Origin: Callorhinchus milii
Lineage: Eukaryota
Length of the DNA stretch: 64,000 nt
Assembly: GCF_018977255.1 (NCBI RefSeq)
Contig: NW_024704742.1
Span: forward strand, 57,724,001-57,788,000
Reading direction: 5' to 3'
Position 1 is the first letter of the stretch. The number at the start of each line of letters is the position of its first letter. The position numbers and the translations under genes are program-made. The notes below the pieces were generated by a model. The model was not told the DNA's origin, searched no databases, and was given only the letters and a program-made list of their open reading frames with translations. This document shows, in pieces, positions 39,701 to 48,700 of the stretch.

Positions 39701-42700
39701 CTCATGACGAGTACATCTCCATTGTTAATACTGTATTTTTTTGTGAATGAGTTTATTCTGCTTAAAGATTGTGAGGTAGCCTCCTTTTCATAAATAAAAT
39801 CTGTTGTTTTAAACTGGTGAGGGTTGACAAGTGCATTTTCAGGACAACAAGCTGTGAAGAGGGACTACAACACAGGCACCTTTCAGAGCTCACAGAACAT
39901 TCAAAATATTTTCCTTACTCTAAGTAAAACCCCACTACAGTTATGCTCGTTGGTAATTTACAATATAATGCAAATTTACAATTATATTGCCTTTCACATT
40001 GGGAGGATGTTCCAAAGCCCTCAACAGCGCTGGCTAGGCACCTTCCCTAAGGGTGGAAGTCAATGGGGGTGGAGAGGAAAAGATGACCAAAAACACAGTC
40101 AAGTTAGATCTTGAGATGGATCTTGAACAAGGCGAGGAAAGGAATGAGTCAGATGAACTCTAGCCCAGAAAGGTTGAAAACCCACCTGCCAATGGCAGGC
40201 TGGACAGTGAAAAAACAGATAATCGTAATGAGCCAGGGCTGGTCATCATCCTGTGCATGCTCTGCCCCCCACCCCCCTCCCCCCCAGATGTTATAGGCTC
40301 CATATAAATGGATTAGATTATAAGAAAGCGGTGTTAAGATCTACAAAAGAGAAAATGGAAAAAAACAATAGAAACCGACAACTGGTGAACGGCTCCACTT
40401 TAATTTATGACAGAGTACCACTCATTGGAAAGCGGAGAAGAAACTGGAAGGACAGTGCCACCACATGGTCTGAAAAAGAACTGCTTTTATTTTAGAAAAC
40501 TGCAGTGAATAAGGCCAGCAAAAGCTTAGTTAGGAATAATAATAATAATCGTTGCATTTGATATAGCGCCTTATCATGTCTTCGAGACGTCTCAAAGCAC
40601 TTCACAGAATATACTGCAAAATACAGTGATAGTATATTTTGTGGGAGAAACGAGACAGCCAATTGCACACAGCAATAATAATATGGTAAAAACTCACATA
40701 AATCTTATCTTTATATATTGCACATCCTAAATCGTATAGGCACCTGAGTCCCATTCAGTTTATATGTTTATTGTATAAAATCAGACTTATACAAGTTTGC
40801 ATGTAACTCATTCTTCACGCAAGTCATATTAAATGTTATGGCCCAGACTGATATGACTTATGCGAGTTTTACTGGAATAATAATCCTTACATTGATATAG
40901 TGCCTTTCATGTTGTGGTAAGAAGATAGATGTACCTCTCAGTGAAAATGACTGATTTGCAGGATAGTTATTTTTTATACGTGTACTCAAATACAATATGG
41001 ATGCATAAACATTTTAGCACAAACCCAAGTAAGACAAAGAGCAGAGAATAATCTTTATACGCTAGTGTGCTAATATCACAGCAGTCTATCTGAAAAGGCG
41101 CTCAGAGCTACAAACAAATCCTGAAGGAAGTTAAGACGTACTAAATGCATAAAGAATTAATATTTTGAACATGGAATATACCAAAAATTGTACCAACAAC
41201 AACTTGCACTTATATAGTGTTCAGGGTAGCGTCTCACATTAACAGTGGCGGAGCCTGAATCCGAGCCGTGGGTGGGGGAGGGGGGGGGGGTTGGGGTGTG
41301 GAGGTGGCTGTAAGCATGAAAAGGAAGGTTTTCAGGCAGAACTTGAAAAAGGGGAGAGAGGGGACAAGGCAGAGGGATTGAGGGAGAGTGTTCCTGAGTT
41401 TCAGGGCATAGTGGCTGAAAGTGCAACCTCCAACGTGGAGCGGAGGGCATGAGGCACAAGCAGGAGGCCTGTGCCAATCAAGTGGAGGAGCCACGTGGTG
41501 AATTGGGGAGTGAGGAGTGAGGAGAAATAGAGAGGTGTCAGGGAGTGAAGGGATTTGAAAATAGAGAAAATAAGACATGGGCGGGGTCGGGGGGTGCAGG
41601 GGGGGCGATGGGGGTTGTTGGGGGGAAAGAAGAAGTTTGTTTTGGGTCTAGATTTACTCCATTCTTTACCATTTCATAGAGTGCAGAATTTGGCAAATTG
41701 TTGAATTCACTCATAACTTGGGAACAGGTTTTCTGCAGTTGTTGAATTTTTTTTTGAAAAGGCAGCTTCAAAGTTGAGACAATGTCAGAATTGGTATTTC
41801 GACTTCAAAATTCATTTGTCAGTCTAGCTAAGTTGGTAGCACTCTTGCCTCCAAATTAGAAGGTTGTGGGTTCAAGTCCCAAATCAGGATTTGGATTTAA
41901 ATAGTCTAAGATGACACTCCAATGCATTGCTGGTGGTGTGCTGCATTGTTAGAGGTGCTGTGTTTTGGATGAATTGTTAAATTGTCTACCTGTTCAGGTG
42001 GACACTAAAGATCCAATGGCACTATTCAAAATGAGAAGAGAGTTTCTCCCGACGTGCTCCAGACATGAAAAGGCTCTATTTATGCCAAATACAAGGATGA
42101 TTATTATGTGTCACTTATTCTTAGGAAGGATATTATTGTCTTTGAGCTTGTGAGAAATTGTTAAGAAGGTTGGCTTTATTTTTTCTTTGGAGAAAGAGGA
42201 AATATTGAGGCAATCTGAGTTAAATATATATTATTATGAATGGAATCAATAGTCAAACCAGGCAAATTGTCTACGATTCTGTCAGATGGATACAATAGGA
42301 ATGCAAAACAGAAATAGAGGGAAACCATAAAAGCAAACTCACCAAGAACAAAAGCCGCAATATAATTTGAGATATCACCAATGCCAATAAAAAAGGACAG
42401 TACACAGAACATCTCCCAGCTGGTACAGGCCACTTGAATGAAACTGAAGATTGTCTGCATTGCAATACCTCCAAAAAGAACAACTTTTCTTCCGTACCTG
42501 TAGAACAACAAAAAGATTCCACTATATTTCAGTCATTGACATGATTCAGTGCGAAACATTTCATACTCCTAATTAACATATTTATATCCATTTTGTCTTT
42601 GTAATCGCACGTAATAGGTCCTGTATATTTTTGTCATGTTACTGATTTTTTTTATTGTTGCGCCCATCCTGCTTCAAATGGGAATTTGAACCCAGGAGGT

Positions 42701-45700
42701 TTTGTGAGGTATACTTCAAAATTTAATCAACAGAGCTGCTTACAGAAGAGGGCAGTGTTAAATAACAACAAAAAAAAGCAAAAAAAAACTAAAAAAAAAC
42801 TAAAAAACTCATTAGAGCGAGAAAAAGGAGTATGAGGGTAAGCTAGCTAGGAACATTAAGTCTGATTGTAAAAGTTTTTACAAATACATAAACAGGAATA
42901 GGCTAGTGAGGGTAAATGTAGGTCCTCTTCAGTCAGAGATGGGAGAAGTTGTAATGGGGGATAAGGACATGGCAGAGTCCCTAAATGGGTACTTTGCATC
43001 TGTCTTCACCCGAGAAGACAGAACAAGTCTGCCAACAATAGGGATGCACCAAGGGGATAAGTACAGGGAGCAACTTAGGGAAATTTTCATTAGCAGAGAA
43101 TTGGTGCTAGGAAAACGTAGCACTAAAAAGTGACAAATCCTCTGGTCCGGATGGCTTGCATTCCAGGGTTTTAACATTAATAGCTTATGAGATAGTGGAG
43201 GCCTTGTGTCTGATCTTCCAAAGTTCCTTGGATTCTGGAACAGTCCCCATGGATTGGAAGATTGCAAATGTCACACCACTATTTAAAAAAGGTGGAAAGG
43301 AAAAGATGGGGAACTATAGGCCAGTTAGTCTCACATCAGTGATCGGAAAAATTTAGAATCATTGATTAAGGATGTGGTAGTGCAGTATTCAGGGGAGCAC
43401 AATATAATTAGGCCAAGTCAACATGGCTTTACAAAAGGGAAGTCATTTTTGACAAATTTCATAGACTTTTTTTAGGGTATTTCCAGTAAACTAGATAAGG
43501 GTGTATCAGTGGATGTGGTCTATTTGGACTTCCAGAAGGCATTCTATAAGGTGCCGCATAAAAGGTTAGTCCAAAAGATAAGGGCCCATGACATTAGGGG
43601 GAGCATATTAACATGGATTGGGGAATGGTTAACGGGTAGGAAACAAAGAGTAGGGAAAAACGGGTTCTTTTCAGATTGGTGGGATGTGACTTGTGGAGTG
43701 CCACAAGGATTAGTCCTTGGGCCTCAGGTATTTACCATCTACATCAACGATTTAGATGAGGGCATTGAAGTTAATATATCCAAATTTGCGGATGACACAA
43801 AACTAGGAGGAAGTGTCAACACAGAGGATGACATTAAAAAAATGCATCGAGACATAGATAGGTTAGATGATTGGGCAGGTAGGTGGCAGATGAAGTATAA
43901 TGTAGGGAAGTGTGAAGTCATCCACCTAGGTAGCAAAAAACAGTAGAGTGGGTTATTTTTTAGAAGGGGAGAGATTAGTCTGCAGGTGCAGCAGCAATTA
44001 GGAAGGTGAACGGTATGTTAGCATTCATTATGAAAGGATTAGAGTATAAGAGTAGGGAAGTCTTGCTGCAACTGCATAGGGCCCTGGTGAGACCACACCT
44101 AGAATACTGTGTGCAGTTTTGGTCTCCCTATTTAAGGAAGGATGTACTTGCCTTGGAGGGGGTGCAGCATAGATTTACTGGGTTAGTACCAGGGATGAAG
44201 GGGATGAGTTACGAGGGTAGGCTGATCAATTTGGGCCTATATTCTCTAGAATATAGAAGAATTAGAGGGGATCTTATAGAAACCTAAAAGATCATCAAAA
44301 GGCATGATAGAGTAGATAGTGAGAGATTGTTTCCCCTGGTTGGAGAAACTAAAACCAGGGGTCACAACCTTAAAATCAGAGGCCAGCCCTTTCACACTGA
44401 GTTGAGGAAGAACTTCTTCACTCAAAGGATTGTGAATGTATGGAACTCACTACCCCAAAGGGCTGTTGACCCTCAGTTCTTGAACAGATATATTTCTTAT
44501 TGCAAAAGGGATTAAGGGATATGGGGATAAGGCAGGGTTAGGTTATTAGCTGGTGTTAGATTAGAAGATCAGCCATGATTGAATGGCGGGGCAGACTCGA
44601 AGGGCCGAATGGCCTACTCCTGCTCCTATATGTTATGTTAGGTTAACAACAACTGGCACTTACGTAGCACCCTCCACGCAGGGCAACATCTCAATGCGCT
44701 TAAGAGTGGCGGAGCTTGACTCCGAGCCGGGGGAGCAGGGGGGAGGTGGCCGTAAGCACGATCAAAGAGGAAAGTTTTCAGGCGGGACTTGAAAAAGGGG
44801 AGAAATGGGGCAAGACGGAGGGAATGTGGGAGAGTGTTCCAGATTTTTGGTGTGTAGTGGCTGAAAATGTGACCTTTGATGGCGGGGTGGGGGTGCGAGG
44901 GATGAGCAGGAGGCCGGTGCCAGTTGAGTGGAGGCGCCGGTTGGTGGATTGCGGAGTGAGGATGTCAGAGAGGTAGGGAGGTGCCAGGGAGTGAATAGAT
45001 TTGAACACGAGTGTGAGGATCTTGAAGTCGATCCGTTCAGTGATGGGGAGCCAGTGGAGCCTGGCCAGAACTGGTGAGAAGTGGGTTGGAATAATCCAAG
45101 AGGGAGGTGACAAACGCATGCACGAGGGATTCGGCTGCATTTGGGGTAAGGTACAGTCGTAGATGGACAATGTGGCAGAGGTGGAAGAAATCGGTCCTGG
45201 TCAGGGACCGGACGTGGCAGAGGAAGGACAGTTGGGGGTCGAACCGGATGCCTAGGTTGCGCACTGGTTCAGTGAGTCTGAGGGAGAGCCCAGGGAGGTT
45301 GAGGAGTTTAGATCTGCAGGATGTAAACTGACTAGTTAAAGTACTTTGTTTACTCTTGCACCTGTCTGAAACGTGTCCTGAGATTATTGAGCCAAACAGA
45401 GCCCCTAGGAAAAACACAGACGAGGTAAATGGTCCTTTCCAGTTATTGTCACAGACTAGATCCCACTGCAAAGGAAAAAAATATAAGTAATTGAATCCAA
45501 ACAAACACATATCTGCTTTGATAATTGATTAACTAAAATGAAATAAATGATATACTGCCTTTTACGTCAGGAAGACATTTCCAAGTGATTCACAGGATTT
45601 GCTGCAAAATGCAGTGATAGTCGAATGTGGCTGCCAATTTATGCACAGCAATGTCTCACAAACAGCCATGAAGTGAAGTGATGATTTTTTTATTTGCATT

Positions 45701-48700
45701 TGTTGGCCAGGACACTGGGAGAAACTCCTCTTTTCAAATAATAATAATAATTCTCGCATTTAATATAGGCCCTTATCATGTCTTCCCGAGACATCTCAAA
45801 GGGCTTCACAGAATATACTGCAAAATGAATTGACTGTATATTTTGTAAGTGAAACACGTCAGGCAATTGCGCACAGCAGTGGCTTACAAACAGTGTGGAT
45901 TGAGTGACCAAATTATTATTTTATTTTAAAAAGGATTATTACCCCTCGAAAAGCGTTCCGCCAATCCACTTACTGCTAATTTACCTATCAGTAAGTTTCT
46001 ACTTACTGCTAGGTAAACAAGGTGTGTGGAGTAAGGAAACTTGCCCAACTTGCCCAAATAGTGCCATGGGATGTTTAACAACAAAAACAACAACAAAATT
46101 ACATTTGTATAGCGCCTTTCACGTTGGGAGGATGTCCCAAGGTGCTGGACAGACAGAGATATGGACCCGAGCTGAGGGTCAGGGTGGGGGAGGGGGGAGG
46201 GCGGGGGAAAGCAGGGAGATTGAAAGCACGGTTGAAAAGGAGGGTCTTGAGGTGGTTCTTGAAGGTGGCGAGGGAGGGGCGAGACAGAGGGACTGTGGGA
46301 TGGAGTTCCAGAGGATGGGTGCAGAGTGGCGGTAGGCCCGCCCGCTGATAGTGGGGCGAGCAAGGCAGGGACATGAAGCAGGCTGGAGCCCACTGAGCGG
46401 AGGGAGCGAACAGGGTGTTAGGGGATTAGGAAGTCGGAGAGATAGTGAAGAGCAAGACCATGGAGGGCTTTGAAGGTGAGGACCAGGATCTTGAATTGTA
46501 TCCTCTGTGCGATGGGAAGCTAGTGGAGTTGGGCGAGGATGGGGGTGATAGGGTCGCAGTGCCTGGTGCGGGAGAGGAAATGGGCTGCAGAGTTCTGGAT
46601 GATCTGCAGCCTGTGAAGGGAGTTGTTGGGGAGGCCGACAAACAGTGAGTTTGCATAGTCGAGCCTCAATGTAATGAAGGCATGTATGAGGGTTTTGGCG
46701 GCCTGCGGTGTGAGACAGTGTCAGAGCTGGGTGATGTTGCGGAGGTGGGAGAAGGCAGATGTGCAAATGTGGGGTAGAAAGGATAGTTGAGGGTCAAACA
46801 AGAACCCCAAGATTCCAGAGTGGTTTAGCAAGGTGGAGTGTGCAACCATGGATGGTGATGCTGTCAGCACTTGAGGTGAGGACGGGAGCCAATCAGGAGA
46901 GCCTCGGTCTTGTTGATGTACAACTGAAGAAAGTTAGTTCTCATCCAGAACTTGATGTCTGACAGACATTCTGTCAGCACAGCAGTGGTCCTGGTCAAAG
47001 GTGGAGGCAGAGAGGTGGAGTTGGGTGTCATCCGCATACATGTGGAAGTCGACCCCAATGTCTGTGGATAATGTCACCAAGAAGAAGGAGCATATAGATA
47101 TTGAAGGGGAGGGGACCAAGGACAGATTCCTGAGGAACACCACACTAGACGGTCCAGGGGCTTGAGGAGAAAAGATCCACCTCAATGGATAGATTTAAAA
47201 TCCCTCAGAGTTTAACATTTCATCTGAAGGACTCCATTTTGAATAATGCAGCACACACTGAAGGGTCAACTTAGACTATACAAGTTCCAAGTCTTGGCAT
47301 GGGGATTGAACCCACAACATTCTGACAAAGAAGTGAGATTTCTACAACTGAGCCGGGCTGACACACATTTAAACGCTTTCATTGTCTCTGGAATTGAATG
47401 AGGACACAGATCCTGACTATCATGGAAAGGCTCTTTTTCTACTTCACATAAATTTACAGGCCAGCGGATCCTTTATATCCCTGTACTCTTCACCCCACCA
47501 AAATATAGCACATAATATATAAGGTTAGCTATTATCAGGAACAAGTGGTCACTGGGTATCAAGGGCACATGGGCTGATAACTGACAAATGAGGTCCTATG
47601 TGTAGTACGTTGCATTAACTTGTATTAAACCAATTCACTGACTGCATTTGCAAATAAATGCAAGGTACTACACATACGATCCAAGAATAGGGAACACAAG
47701 TACTCAATGTACTCAAAAACAACTGAACTTGTTTTGTTCGTGGAGTCCTGTAGCTCAGTGGTTAGAGCACTCGCTTTGCAAGCGAGAGACCTGAGTTCAA
47801 TTCCAGGCAGAGGGCGAAACCTTGGGCAAGTTTCCTTACTCCACACGACTAATAATAATCCCTCCAAAAACAAAAAACAATAATAAATTGGTCATTTTCA
47901 ATCTACGACTGTTTGTGGGACATTGCTGTGCGCAATTGGCTGCCGCGTTCGCCCACAAATATACAGTCAATTCACTTTACAGTGTGTTCTGTGAAGCGCT
48001 TTGGGACGTCCTCCCGACGTAAAAAGCGCTATATCAAATGCAAGGATTATTATTATTATTATTATTATTATTTGTTTCTTGCCAAGTGGGAAGCTGAAAG
48101 TGATCTAGGGGTGTTTGTTGATTTGTTGGTCACGATGTCAAAACAATGTAAAGCAACAATAAACATGGCAAAAAAGGACAACAAAAACAACAACAAATTG
48201 TATTTAGGTTTCTGGGCTATATGATTAAATCGGTTGAGTTTAGATCCCCAGATGTCATAATCAGACTGTGCAGGGCTCTGTCAGACCGTACTTTGAATAC
48301 TGCAGACAGTTCTGGTCACCACACATAAGGGGGCTGCCCAGATCTTAGAGTCAGTACAGAAGCCAGAAGACAGTAACGAGGATGATCCTTAATGGTAGAG
48401 GAATGAGCTATAATATAGAGGAGTGAGCTATGATCATCTATTAGGTAAACCTGGGCTATTCAGTCTTAAAAGAAGACAACTCATAGGGGAGCTCATTGAA
48501 CAGAGATCGAGTTAACGCAAAATCGTGCATGTATCGTGCAACACTACCATGTATACAATTTATTTTTACAATCCAAGATTTGTCAGTCAAGGTTCTTTGT
48601 TGTCTCATATATCTGACTGTCTGATTGATAGATCTTGGGCGGATGGACTAAAATGAAACATGCTTGTTGATTGGTCTGTGTTACACATGATCATTTAGGA

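Noticed and set aside
45037..45361. Transporter-L2 fusion protein suggested by the ORF track
   Set aside because: This is read-through past the exon 2 donor into an intronic L2; the expected 104-nt exon ends at 45362.
47740..47815. tRNA-Ala gene
   Set aside because: It is the head of a multi-copy SINE and continues directly into the SINE body and tail.
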